DNA of 64,000 bases from an uncultured Bacillales bacterium. Lineage in GTDB: Bacteria; Bacillota_I; Bacilli_A; RFN20; CAG-449. A model generated the notes under the pieces. It searched no databases. It was not told the DNA's origin and was given only the letters and a program-made list of their open reading frames with translations. A program made the position numbers and the translations under genes. The stretch lies in assembly GCA_945873815.1 (NCBI GenBank), contig CAMCEE010000002.1, forward strand, positions 103,781 to 167,780, read 5' to 3'. Positions 20,288 to 30,313 of the stretch are shown in pieces (within the stretch, counting starts at the first letter, position 1; each line of letters starts with the position of its first letter).

Positions 20288-22447
20288 ATGGAAGAGAATA
20301 TCATAAATTTAAATGGTAAAAATATTGAAGTCATCAACAATTCATTAATTCGTGTCTATAAGGAGAAAAATAGTAGTAAATTAGTAAAACTCTCATTAGA
20401 ACATTCTGATTTAGATCTGAAAATTAATGATGAAGAAATAAGATTTAATGACTATTTATTAAAAATAGGTGACAATCAACGTTTATCTGTATACAAAAAT
20501 GATGAATTATTATTCAATGAGATTAGTAATAATAATTTTGTTCGTTATGATGATGAAGGTGAAGTTAAAACAAGAATTAAGTTTGAAATCACCGATAAAG
20601 CGTACATTTACGGACTTGGAGATAAAGCAGCTTTTTTAAATAGAAAAGGATATCAATATGTTTCATGGAACACTGATGATCCTACTGCACATAATGAAAC
20701 ATATCGTTCTTTATATAAGTCAATCAACTTTATGATTATTAATGATAGAGATAAATATGTCGGTATTTTCTATCCAAGTTCATATAAAACATTATTTGAT
20801 TTAGGTAAAACTTTTCCTAATGAAATAAATATTATTTCTCAAAAAGGAAGTGACGATTATTTCCTAATTTTAGGCGATAATCCTTTAGATATAATTAGAA
20901 CTTATTCTTTACTTGTTGGACGCACATTCTTGCCAAGATTAAAGATGCTAGGTAATCAACAATCCCGTTGGTCATATGCAAAAGAAGAAGATTTTAGATA
21001 TGTAGTAAATGGATATAAATCAAATAAATTGCCTCTTGATTATATTCACCTAGATATCGATTATATGGTTAGATTCAGCAATTTTACTGTTGATAAGGAA
21101 AAGTATCCAAATCTCAAATCGTTGTCCGACGAAATGAAGGAACAAGGAATCGATATTGTTGCAATATACGATGCAGGAGTTAAAGTTGAAAAAGGATATT
21201 TTTTCTATGATAATCTTTTAAAAATGGATTATTTGCTAACGCTTGATAATAAACCATACGTTAATGTAGTTTGGCCTGGTGATTCAGTTTTTCCAAATTA
21301 TTTTGATTCTAAATGTCGTGAATATGTAACTAATGAAGCAATTAATTTTGAAGAAAAATACGGTATTGCAGGTATTTGGTGTGATATGAATGAACCTGCT
21401 TCATTTAATGGACCTCTTCCTTTGAATGTTGAAGCAAGAAAGGCAAATGGAGAAGTTTTCTACCATGATGAATTCCATAATATGTATGGTGAATACATGA
21501 CTAGAAGCATAGCAAAATCATTTACAAGACGTAATCTTCGTCCATTTGTTATCACTCGTGCTTGCTTTGCGACAACATCAAAGTATTCACTTGTTTGGAA
21601 TGGCGATAATCAATCATTGTGGCATCATTTAGAAGCTTCTTTACCTCAAGTAGCTACTATGAATATTTGTAATTTCCCACTAGATGGAGTTGATGTCGGC
21701 GGATTCAATTGTGACGTAACTAAAGAATTACTAATTAGATGGATTGAAGCAAATATTTTTAATCCATTCTTAAGAAATCATTCGTCTGCAGGTACTAGAG
21801 GACAAGAACCTTGGGCATTTGATGAAGAAACATTAAATGTATATCGTGATATGTTAAGTATCCGTTATGAATTAATCCCATATTTATACGATTTATCTGT
21901 AAAGGCACATCTAAAAGGTGAGCCAATCATTAGACCATTATTTGTGAATTTCCCATTTGATGAAAAAGTTAAAGAGATAAATGATCAAGTAATGATAGGT
22001 GAGAGTTTAATGATTTGTCCTATTGTTCATCAAGGTAAAAAAGATCGAGTAGTGTATTTACCTGAAGGAAATTGGTATGACTATTTCACTCATCAAAAAT
22101 ATGAAGGAAACAAAAAGATGCTTGTTGAAATCCCATTAGATAAAACATGTATTTTTGTTAAAGAGGGTGCAATACTTCCAAAATATCGTAACTTATTAAG
22201 TATTAATAAAAATGAGATTGATGAAATCATCTTTGATGCATCATATGGTGAAGGAACATATATTAATTATGAAGATGATGGAGAAACATTAGATTATCTT
22301 CAAGGTGAGTCTAATGAATATTGCATTACAAATCATAAAGGAAAAGTAAGTGTTGAATATAAATATAAAGGTTATGTTTCACCATATAAACATATATATG
22401 TATATGATGGAAAAGAATATAAAGATGTAATTGATGAATTAAAGTAA
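20288..22447 (+). CDS. Glycoside hydrolase family 31 (alpha-glucosidase/alpha-xylosidase-like)
   Basis: GH31 catalytic-nucleophile region GIWCDMNEP. The length of 719 aa and the N-terminal beta-sandwich arrangement are typical of GH31. Confidence 0.8.
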   Translation: MEENIINLNGKNIEVINNSLIRVYKEKNSSKLVKLSLEHSDLDLKINDEEIRFNDYLLKIGDNQRLSVYKNDELLFNEISNNNFVRYDDEGEVKTRIKFEITDKAYIYGLGDKAAFLNRKGYQYVSWNTDDPTAHNETYRSLYKSINFMIINDRDKYVGIFYPSSYKTLFDLGKTFPNEINIISQKGSDDYFLILGDNPLDIIRTYSLLVGRTFLPRLKMLGNQQSRWSYAKEEDFRYVVNGYKSNKLPLDYIHLDIDYMVRFSNFTVDKEKYPNLKSLSDEMKEQGIDIVAIYDAGVKVEKGYFFYDNLLKMDYLLTLDNKPYVNVVWPGDSVFPNYFDSKCREYVTNEAINFEEKYGIAGIWCDMNEPASFNGPLPLNVEARKANGEVFYHDEFHNMYGEYMTRSIAKSFTRRNLRPFVITRACFATTSKYSLVWNGDNQSLWHHLEASLPQVATMNICNFPLDGVDVGGFNCDVTKELLIRWIEANIFNPFLRNHSSAGTRGQEPWAFDEETLNVYRDMLSIRYELIPYLYDLSVKAHLKGEPIIRPLFVNFPFDEKVKEINDQVMIGESLMICPIVHQGKKDRVVYLPEGNWYDYFTHQKYEGNKKMLVEIPLDKTCIFVKEGAILPKYRNLLSINKNEIDEIIFDASYGEGTYINYEDDGETLDYLQGESNEYCITNHKGKVSVEYKYKGYVSPYKHIYVYDGKEYKDVIDELK

Positions 22448-22480
22448 AAGAGAATGCCGGAGCATTCTCTTTATTTTATT
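22448..22480. terminator. Bidirectional terminator between the convergent GH31 and giant lipoprotein genes
   Basis: AGAGAATGC-cgga-GCATTCTCT, a 9-bp perfect stem, followed by TTATTTTATT. Confidence 0.7.
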
Positions 22481-25400
22481 CTGCATTTGACCAAATTCTA
22501 GAAGCATATTCAGGGAAATCAATAAATGGATTTCTATTTCCTTGTAATGCGTATACAGCATTGTTTCGATTGATTTCTAATTCATCAACTGGATCAAGTT
22601 CATTCCATTTTACTAATAGTTTATAGACAGAATCTTCAGTTCCTTCCTTTGTATAAACATTATTCGATAATGGATATGATGAAATGTATTCTTTATATCT
22701 TACTAACATATATAATAATACTCTTGCAACATCGCCTTTAACATTATCTAAAGGTTCAAAGACACCATTTCCAGTACCCATTGTTGTATCACCATTTAAG
22801 TATCCATATGGTGTGTCTAAATATGTTTTTAAATATTTATCTCTATTTGTTAATTCACCATATTGTGAATTATTTCTCGAGGAATTAATTGATTTATATA
22901 ATGGTCTTAATTGATGTAAATCAGTACCTGCATTTACCGATTTGTTATCGATCTCACCATACCAAGCTTTAGATTGGCACCATACATGTTCACGGTTCCA
23001 TGTATTACCATTGTCCCAAGTTCCATCTAAAGATAAGTGAGAATAGAAATCGATAATGTATCCAGGCTTTGATGGATCAGCATCGGTTAAATATGCTAAT
23101 AAGGAACAATCCTTATAAGATGTTTGATATGTGTGAGTATCAGTAGTTAATGTATTTAATGCTGACCATAGTGTTTCACCAGTATATGTATTTTCAATTG
23201 ATGCATAGTAATCTTGTCTAATAATATCTTTTGCTTTAGTTGTTAGATTTAAACTAATCGAAGATACACCTACTTGGTTTTCGTTACTAGATAAATCAAC
23301 TACTACTCTAGATACATTATTTGGGATTGATGTTGAATTAATGACTAAAACTCCATTGGTAAATGTAGAAGAGGAACCACAGGAAATTAATTCACTTCCG
23401 TTATAGTATTTGAGTGTAACACTTTTTGATTTTGAACTATATTGCTTTAAGGTGACTTGAATACTATTAATTGTACTGTTTGGTGTATTAATTGTTACGG
23501 TACCATTTTTTACTACTGGACAATCCATTGTAGCAACATCTTGTAATGAAGCGGATGAATAATTCATTGTAACGAGTGGAGTATTTTGAATAAACATACC
23601 TGAAGTAAGAATTCTTGCAGCGTATGAAGTACTCCATTGATATGAATAGTTATCACGTTTCGACGAATTATCAAATGTATAGCTTTCAGTTACACTTGCA
23701 TTTGATTCTTGTTCATATTCTGTGATTAATGAATTTGCAAGTTCTACATTGCTTAATGATGGTAAATCGCTATACTCTCCATAATTGTCGTAGTATGTTT
23801 TTGCATCTGATACAGCTTCATCATATAAACTCTTAATTTGTATATATTGAGCGGCGGTTAATGAAGATGTAGAATTTAATTCTTCAGTAGTAATGAAACT
23901 ATCGAGATTACCAATTGAGGTAGTTGCAGTAGTTTTTGAACTATTCTTTTCACTATTAAATGAATTTATTAGTGTTTTTGTTTGGGAATATAAGCTGTAA
24001 TTAGAAATGTCTGAAGTTTGTCCGCCTTTATTAACATAAGCAGTTATATAACCTTCTATTGTAGTTAGTAGGGTACTTACTTCATTAGCATTTGCTTTTG
24101 TAATTGATGAATAAGCAGACAATTCATTAATATATGTTTCGGCAGAAGTTTTATTTACGTCTTCCGTTTCACTTACATCTGGAACAATGTAAACTTTTAC
24201 GCTTTGAATAGATATTTGTCCATTCGTTGCTGTACCAGTGTTTCCTACAGTGAATGTTAGTGATGAATTGTTAATTGCTATTTCATCATTAGAATTATAT
24301 TCTGTTTCGTTATATACAAGGATTCCTGTATTAGAAATTTTATATGTGAATACTATCTTACTAATTTTCCCAATTGATGATGTAATTGTAACGGCACCAG
24401 AATCGGATTGATAGATTTTCCATGCCTCATCTTTTTCATTATATGTACCTGTATATTTTCCTGTTTTAGTAACTTTCATTTCTATTCCATTTTCAATAAT
24501 GATTGAATCAGAGTCATATTTTGTTGAATTAGTCCATCCTTTAGCATCAGCATAATCTTTTATTGATAAAATGAATTCTTGTTCACTTGTTGCATTTACC
24601 CACTTAGCGTAGAGAGTTACATTAGCAGTTAATACACTATTTGGAGTAGCTTCTTCACCCCAATCATCATCCGTTCCATCTTTTGTGTACCATCCTTCGA
24701 ATCTATATCCTGTTGCAGATAAAATTGGTAATACACTTGGAAGTTTTGTTTGATCTACTAAATTTGTAGGTTGAGCACCATGTCCATTAATATCGTATGT
24801 AACAGAATATTTTGCTCCATAATTCCAGGTGATTTCAGTTGTTTCATCTTCAAATTCGCCATTTAGAGAATGAGCGACTACTTTGAATGTATATGTTCCA
24901 TTTTCTAATGTATCATCAAAATTATATGATTTATCTGGAATGTTACTTTGAACTAAAGTATAGTCACCATCTCCAGTTTTATAATATAAATCAAATGATG
25001 AGCCAACCGCATTCCACATAATTGTAGATTCTTCAAAAATAATATCTTTTGGTTTAGAAACAGTATCTAAGAGCTTACTAAATGAAGCAGAACTACTAGT
25101 AGTATAATATCCATATACTTTTACTTTATCTCCTTCACCTAATCCTAATTTTTTGATTTGTGTGGATAGAGTACTATTAAGAGTTACATAAGAAGTGTTT
25201 TCATAGATTCTAATAGTAGAATATGATGTATCTCCAATAGTTCCAACGAAAATATAGTATTTATTTGAAGCAGTATCTGATGCACATACTTCTGCGATAG
25301 ATGATGTAGTCATCTTTTTAAATGATGCAGATATTAAGGAATCGCCGCTAATTGGTAGATTATAAACGATTGTTTTATTGCTATTAGATACTGGCTCTAA

Positions 25401-28400
25401 TTTACTTAAATCTACTTCAACACTGTTAATCAATACTTTATCGAGAGTATATTGATCAATTGCAGTAAATGTTACTTTTACTGTACTTCCGTTTCTTACT
25501 GAATCACTTTCAATCGTAATTGAACCATTATCGATTTCACTATCAATTGTGACATCACAATATACATCCGTTTCAATAGTTAAAGTGGAATTCTTACCTT
25601 CTGGCATTTCGAATTTGAGTTCGCCAGTGGCTTCATTATATTTCTCTATAATAGAATCACCATTTAATAAAATGTCTTTAATAAAGAACCCTTCTTTTGC
25701 AGTGATATTTCCACCAACAATAATTGTTTCATTGTATTTATCACTAAAGCCTGTTACTTCTGCAGCTTTATTGTTATATGAAATTGCTAAATCTCTAATT
25801 GCAGTTTCTTGGAAGAATACGACCTCAATTTCTCCACCATATGAACCATTAAATGTTGCAGTATAAGTTCCATCTTCATTTTTAATTGCTTCAAGAACAT
25901 TATCTCCAACCTTAACGCTTGTTACCATCTTTCCTTCTTCCGGAGTCATAGTAATAGTGATTGTATCAGGGAAGTATAAATTTTCTAATGAACCTGAAGA
26001 TGAAGTTGCTTCAACACTTCCACCAGTATATGATTCTTTTAGTGTAACAGTCTTTGCTTCTGGAGTTGATACTTTATATAGTGAAGGTACAAAGTAAGTG
26101 TTACCTCCAATATTTGTTGTGCCGTAGAAACCAAATGCTTTAGTGCTACTACTATATCGCATCAATAATGCTCGTTCACCATTTGCAAAATATAGAAGAT
26201 TTGGGTTATTTTCAGATTGCTTTAATGTCCATAAGTATTCTGTATCTGCTAATTTGAGGGAAGTATCTGATGATGAACTAGCAGATAAATACTTATCGCC
26301 TATTTTAATTACATACGTTTTTGCTTCAGCATCTTTGACTTCGATTGTCCATATATCTGAGGATGGAATAGTATATGAGGACATATCAGTAGTAGAATTA
26401 CATGTATCTATTTTAATAGTCGAAGTTTTACTGATATTTGTTGTAACAAAGAAGATTTCTCCATTACTATTTTGTGCACCAAGGGCATATGTTCCAGATA
26501 CTACTGAATCTAGTGAAGTAATTTTTTCAACTGTTGTAGGAACTATGATTTTTAAAGTAGTAGATAAAGTTTCTGCAAAAGAGTAGTTTGCGATATCTTT
26601 TCCGGAAAGTTGAAGCGTAAATGTATGAGTGCCAATTGCTTTTTTACCTTCTTCTATAAAAGATCCTGTAACTACATCATCATTAACTAATCCTTCGATT
26701 TTAAATGAAGGAAGATGAGCTTTACCATCATAAGCAACAGCTTTATTATCCCAAGTAATTGTTAAAGCTTTTTTACTTACTGTGATAGATTTTGCTTCAT
26801 AAATCTTAATGGTTTCTTTTGTCGCAGAATTATTATATATGACTACATAATAATATTTACCTGCGTTTATAGTATCATCCATAGAAATTATGTTTGTACA
26901 TGCTTCATCACTATAATATCTGATTTGAAGAGTTGTTCCAGTTAAATGATGAGGAATTAATTGTGAATTTAATTCGTCATTTGTTCCATCATAAGTATAG
27001 GCGATGTCATTATATGCAATGTCTAAGAATGGGTTAGTGATAGAATAATTGATATTTCCAGTAAATTCCGCATCACTCCATTCATAATTTTTTGTATCCT
27101 TTAATGTTATATTTGCAGTGTAATTGCCTACATTAATTTCAGAGCCAAAATTGACTGTATATAGTGAATTAGGATTAATTGCAACAACAGGACCTCCTGT
27201 ATAGTATAAGCATTCATTTAAAGTAGGTACTGCTACTTTAGCTTTAGAAATTACTAATGTAATAGTTAAATTACTATTATCTACATAATAGTTATCTTTA
27301 TCTGCACCTAATAATGAAACAGAGAAATCATAACTTCCAACATTAATTGCTTCACTTCCAGTGAGGGAAACAGAAACTTCTGTTCCATCTATTATTCCTG
27401 AAGAAATAGAGCATGAAGGCTTTTGACTTTCACCGGTGTATTGTACATTAGTGGATGTGAAAGCTAAATTTAATTTAGCCTTATTGATAGTTAATTCAGC
27501 TGTTAAAACATCGTATTCATTTTGATTTGGTGTTGCAACAGCGTAATATTTTCCAGCGTTAATAGGTGTAACTTCTTTAGTATGTGCGCTATCACTATAG
27601 TATTTGATTTCATATTCCACATCTAAATTTTCAATGCCATAAATATCAAGTGATTGAACAGTGTTATTAAAAGTGACTTCTTTATTAGTCATACCAATTC
27701 CTTGAGGTGCTGCGATAAAGTATTCTATTTTTCCATCGAATGAGCTATTAGACCATTCATAGTTGTTTGTATCTTTTAGAGTTACTGTTGCAATTGTTGC
27801 TCCAACATTTATTGAAGAACCGTTTTCAACATTGTATAGATCACTTGGATTAACACCTACTACAGGTGAGCCAGTATAAACTAAATCAGTATTTGCACTT
27901 GGAACATCAACTTTTTGTTTATTGATTGTTAAAACTTGTTTTCTTACTAATACTTGATTTTCTAAACCAGTGCCTGAAAAGGATATAAGAGCATAATATT
28001 TTCCAGCGTTTGTTGGAGCAGTGATTTCATTTTTGCAATCTTCGTCGCTATAATACTTGATTGCTGCTTCAACATTTTCAGGAAGATTAGAAACCGAAAC
28101 TTCTTTAGGTGTTCCATTATATGTATTTACTAATCCAGTATATTGAACTTCACTTAATGGATCAGTAATGGAGAAAGGAACTTTACCATTAAAACTACTA
28201 TCTTTCCAGCAATAGTTTTTAGTATCAGTCAATACCACTGTTGCTTCATAGTTACCTACGTTAGTTGCTGAACCATTAACGACTGTATATTCATTTGTAG
28301 ATTCTATAGCTGTGATTTCATTTCCTGTATAGAAGTAATTACTATTTAATTTTGGAACATCAACTTCTGCTTTAGCAATTGTTAATTTACAAGTCATAGG

Positions 28401-29021
28401 AGCGATAGGATTATGATTGTTATCGCGTGAAGTAAATGTTGCTTTTGCATAGTATGTACCAGCGTTGATACAAGCGCTAATTTCTTTAGTACATGCTTCA
28501 TCTGTGTAATATTTTATTTGATATGTAATGCCAGTTGGTAATGTGCCTCCAAGAGAAACAAATTGAGCTTCTTTATTATATTTTGTTTCTACGTCTATAA
28601 ATGTAATTCCAGAAACATCTTCATTTGCCTTTTGGATAGTTAATTTTCCTGTTATTTCTTTTGGATTGTATCCATCTTTTGATATTCTTGCTCTAATTTC
28701 ATATTCACCAGCATCAATAAATTTATAGGTGGATAAATATTCAATGTTTAATCCAGTGGAATTATGGATTTGTAATTGATGCTCATTGCCATCATAAGTA
28801 ACTGTTGCATCAATGAAATCAATCGATGCATCAAAATCTTTTAAAGTGGATGAAGTTGAACTATTACTAGATGATTGAGTGGAAGATGATTCTTCTGATG
28901 AAGTAGTAACACTACTAGAAGTATCTGCTTTTATCTTACATCCAGATAGCATTAAAAGAGCAGATAAGCATGTTAGACTTAAACCTGCAATTATTTTCTT
29001 TTGCGTTTTCTTGTTGTTCAT
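22476..29021 (-). CDS. Giant (2181 aa) cell-surface lipoprotein with a Ser-rich linker, multiple MBG/YGX-type and Flg_new (Listeria-Bacteroides) repeats, and a C-terminal Endonuclease-I family extracellular nuclease domain
   Basis: Lipoprotein signal MNNKKTQKKIIAGLSLTCLSALLMLSGC. Repeated modules of about 90 aa (…NAGKYYA…, …YTGSPV…) are present, as is the Flg_new-like repeat GYRFEGWYTKDG…VTLYAKW. The C-terminus carries the Endonuclease_1 signature NREHVWCQSKAWYG…DLHQLRPLYKSINSSRNNSQYGEL. Confidence 0.75.
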   Translation of the reverse strand: MNNKKTQKKIIAGLSLTCLSALLMLSGCKIKADTSSSVTTSSEESSSTQSSSNSSTSSTLKDFDASIDFIDATVTYDGNEHQLQIHNSTGLNIEYLSTYKFIDAGEYEIRARISKDGYNPKEITGKLTIQKANEDVSGITFIDVETKYNKEAQFVSLGGTLPTGITYQIKYYTDEACTKEISACINAGTYYAKATFTSRDNNHNPIAPMTCKLTIAKAEVDVPKLNSNYFYTGNEITAIESTNEYTVVNGSATNVGNYEATVVLTDTKNYCWKDSSFNGKVPFSITDPLSEVQYTGLVNTYNGTPKEVSVSNLPENVEAAIKYYSDEDCKNEITAPTNAGKYYALISFSGTGLENQVLVRKQVLTINKQKVDVPSANTDLVYTGSPVVGVNPSDLYNVENGSSINVGATIATVTLKDTNNYEWSNSSFDGKIEYFIAAPQGIGMTNKEVTFNNTVQSLDIYGIENLDVEYEIKYYSDSAHTKEVTPINAGKYYAVATPNQNEYDVLTAELTINKAKLNLAFTSTNVQYTGESQKPSCSISSGIIDGTEVSVSLTGSEAINVGSYDFSVSLLGADKDNYYVDNSNLTITLVISKAKVAVPTLNECLYYTGGPVVAINPNSLYTVNFGSEINVGNYTANITLKDTKNYEWSDAEFTGNINYSITNPFLDIAYNDIAYTYDGTNDELNSQLIPHHLTGTTLQIRYYSDEACTNIISMDDTINAGKYYYVVIYNNSATKETIKIYEAKSITVSKKALTITWDNKAVAYDGKAHLPSFKIEGLVNDDVVTGSFIEEGKKAIGTHTFTLQLSGKDIANYSFAETLSTTLKIIVPTTVEKITSLDSVVSGTYALGAQNSNGEIFFVTTNISKTSTIKIDTCNSTTDMSSYTIPSSDIWTIEVKDAEAKTYVIKIGDKYLSASSSSDTSLKLADTEYLWTLKQSENNPNLLYFANGERALLMRYSSSTKAFGFYGTTNIGGNTYFVPSLYKVSTPEAKTVTLKESYTGGSVEATSSSGSLENLYFPDTITITMTPEEGKMVTSVKVGDNVLEAIKNEDGTYTATFNGSYGGEIEVVFFQETAIRDLAISYNNKAAEVTGFSDKYNETIIVGGNITAKEGFFIKDILLNGDSIIEKYNEATGELKFEMPEGKNSTLTIETDVYCDVTIDSEIDNGSITIESDSVRNGSTVKVTFTAIDQYTLDKVLINSVEVDLSKLEPVSNSNKTIVYNLPISGDSLISASFKKMTTSSIAEVCASDTASNKYYIFVGTIGDTSYSTIRIYENTSYVTLNSTLSTQIKKLGLGEGDKVKVYGYYTTSSSASFSKLLDTVSKPKDIIFEESTIMWNAVGSSFDLYYKTGDGDYTLVQSNIPDKSYNFDDTLENGTYTFKVVAHSLNGEFEDETTEITWNYGAKYSVTYDINGHGAQPTNLVDQTKLPSVLPILSATGYRFEGWYTKDGTDDDWGEEATPNSVLTANVTLYAKWVNATSEQEFILSIKDYADAKGWTNSTKYDSDSIIIENGIEMKVTKTGKYTGTYNEKDEAWKIYQSDSGAVTITSSIGKISKIVFTYKISNTGILVYNETEYNSNDEIAINNSSLTFTVGNTGTATNGQISIQSVKVYIVPDVSETEDVNKTSAETYINELSAYSSITKANANEVSTLLTTIEGYITAYVNKGGQTSDISNYSLYSQTKTLINSFNSEKNSSKTTATTSIGNLDSFITTEELNSTSSLTAAQYIQIKSLYDEAVSDAKTYYDNYGEYSDLPSLSNVELANSLITEYEQESNASVTESYTFDNSSKRDNYSYQWSTSYAARILTSGMFIQNTPLVTMNYSSASLQDVATMDCPVVKNGTVTINTPNSTINSIQVTLKQYSSKSKSVTLKYYNGSELISCGSSSTFTNGVLVINSTSIPNNVSRVVVDLSSNENQVGVSSISLNLTTKAKDIIRQDYYASIENTYTGETLWSALNTLTTDTHTYQTSYKDCSLLAYLTDADPSKPGYIIDFYSHLSLDGTWDNGNTWNREHVWCQSKAWYGEIDNKSVNAGTDLHQLRPLYKSINSSRNNSQYGELTNRDKYLKTYLDTPYGYLNGDTTMGTGNGVFEPLDNVKGDVARVLLYMLVRYKEYISSYPLSNNVYTKEGTEDSVYKLLVKWNELDPVDELEINRNNAVYALQGNRNPFIDFPEYASRIWSNAE

Positions 29022-29278
29022 TATTATTATCTCCTTAAAACATTATTGAAAAATATGCCTTATATTTACATTATAATGTAAAAGAAAAAATAATTAAAGT
29101 TAGAAATACCATTTTGAAATGAGATAAATAATCTTAAAATGCAAATAAAAACAATTATAAAAATTTACAGTATAAGAAAAAAATACTATAAAATTGATAC
29201 AAAATAAATTGTTTAATATTTCTTTTTGTCTTCATAATAATACTATCTTGTTATATAATATTTGAGGGAGAAAACAGT

Positions 29279-29797
29279 ATGATTAACATTATTTTATATC
29301 AACCAGAAATACCTCAAAACACAGGTAATATCATTAGAACTGCTATGGCAGTTGGCGCAAGACTTCATCTTATTAAACCTTTAGGATTTTCATTGGATGA
29401 AAAGTCTCTTAAGCGTGCAGGAATGGATTATATTGATGAAGTAGATATTTTTGAATATGATGATATGGAAGATTTCTATATGCAAAATGGTGATGTTGAG
29501 ATATTTTATGTTACTAGATACGCTAAAAAAGAATACTCTTCATTCGATTTTAAAGATGTTACAAAAGATTATTTCTTTATGTTTGGTAAAGAATCATCAG
29601 GCATTCCTCATGACATATTAAGAAATCATGATGATCATTTATTAAGAATTCCTATGGTAATTAATGCGAGAAGTCTTAATCTGTCAAATTCAGTAGCGAT
29701 AGTTGTTTATGAAGCGATGAGACAACAATCATTCTATGGATTATCAACTATTGAAGCAATTAAGGGTGAAGATTTTTTAGATGAAGAGGTAAAATAA
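29279..29797 (+). CDS. trmL: tRNA (cytidine/uridine-2'-O-)-methyltransferase, SpoU/TrmL family
   Basis: MINIILYQPEIPQNTGNIIRTAMAVGARLHLIKPLGF is the SPOUT N-terminal signature. The size is 172 aa. Confidence 0.8.
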   Translation: MINIILYQPEIPQNTGNIIRTAMAVGARLHLIKPLGFSLDEKSLKRAGMDYIDEVDIFEYDDMEDFYMQNGDVEIFYVTRYAKKEYSSFDFKDVTKDYFFMFGKESSGIPHDILRNHDDHLLRIPMVINARSLNLSNSVAIVVYEAMRQQSFYGLSTIEAIKGEDFLDEEVK

Positions 29798-30312
29798 TGA
29801 ATAAGAAGGGACTACTTTTCTTTTTAACTTTTACTTTATTTGCTTCTTCTTGTAATTTTACGATAGATTATGGAGAAGATGTTTCAAATAATTATGAAAA
29901 TCTTGTTCCATATATAAACGTAGAAAAAATTGAAGAAAACAAATATTTTGATATTAATGTCGATGAATACGCATTAAAAATGGATGCGAGTGATACTTTT
30001 ATTTGCTTGTTTTATACTGCGAATTGCTCCGCTTGTAAGGCAGCAAAAGAGAAATATATAATTCCATATATTGAAGAAACTAAAAACAAAGTATACGCAA
30101 TAGATGTTTATAGTGATGTTAATTTAAATAATTTAGAGAAACTTCAATCATATCAACCTGAAGATTCTTCGTATGTTCGGAAGAATGAAGAAGGAGTCAT
30201 GGTTGTTTCTAGACCTCTAATTCAAATAATTTATGAAGGGCAAGTAATTGCTTATGAAAAAGGCCTAACAAAAAATATCCGTTATATTTTAGACGGATAT
30301 TGTCTTGTTTAA
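29797..30312 (+). CDS. Thioredoxin-fold lipoprotein with a CxxC motif
   Basis: Lipobox FASSC. The CSAC motif lies within FICLFYTANCSACKAAKEKY. Its start overlaps the trmL stop (ATGA). Confidence 0.4.
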   Translation: MNKKGLLFFLTFTLFASSCNFTIDYGEDVSNNYENLVPYINVEKIEENKYFDINVDEYALKMDASDTFICLFYTANCSACKAAKEKYIIPYIEETKNKVYAIDVYSDVNLNNLEKLQSYQPEDSSYVRKNEEGVMVVSRPLIQIIYEGQVIAYEKGLTKNIRYILDGYCLV

Positions 30313-30313
30313 T

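Noticed and set aside
20125-29278. Search for CRISPR arrays, tRNA and rRNA genes in intergenic regions
   Set aside because: No short direct repeats with regular spacers were found. No tRNA-like cloverleaf or rRNA-like conserved segments were seen. The intergenic regions are AT-rich promoter and terminator sequence.
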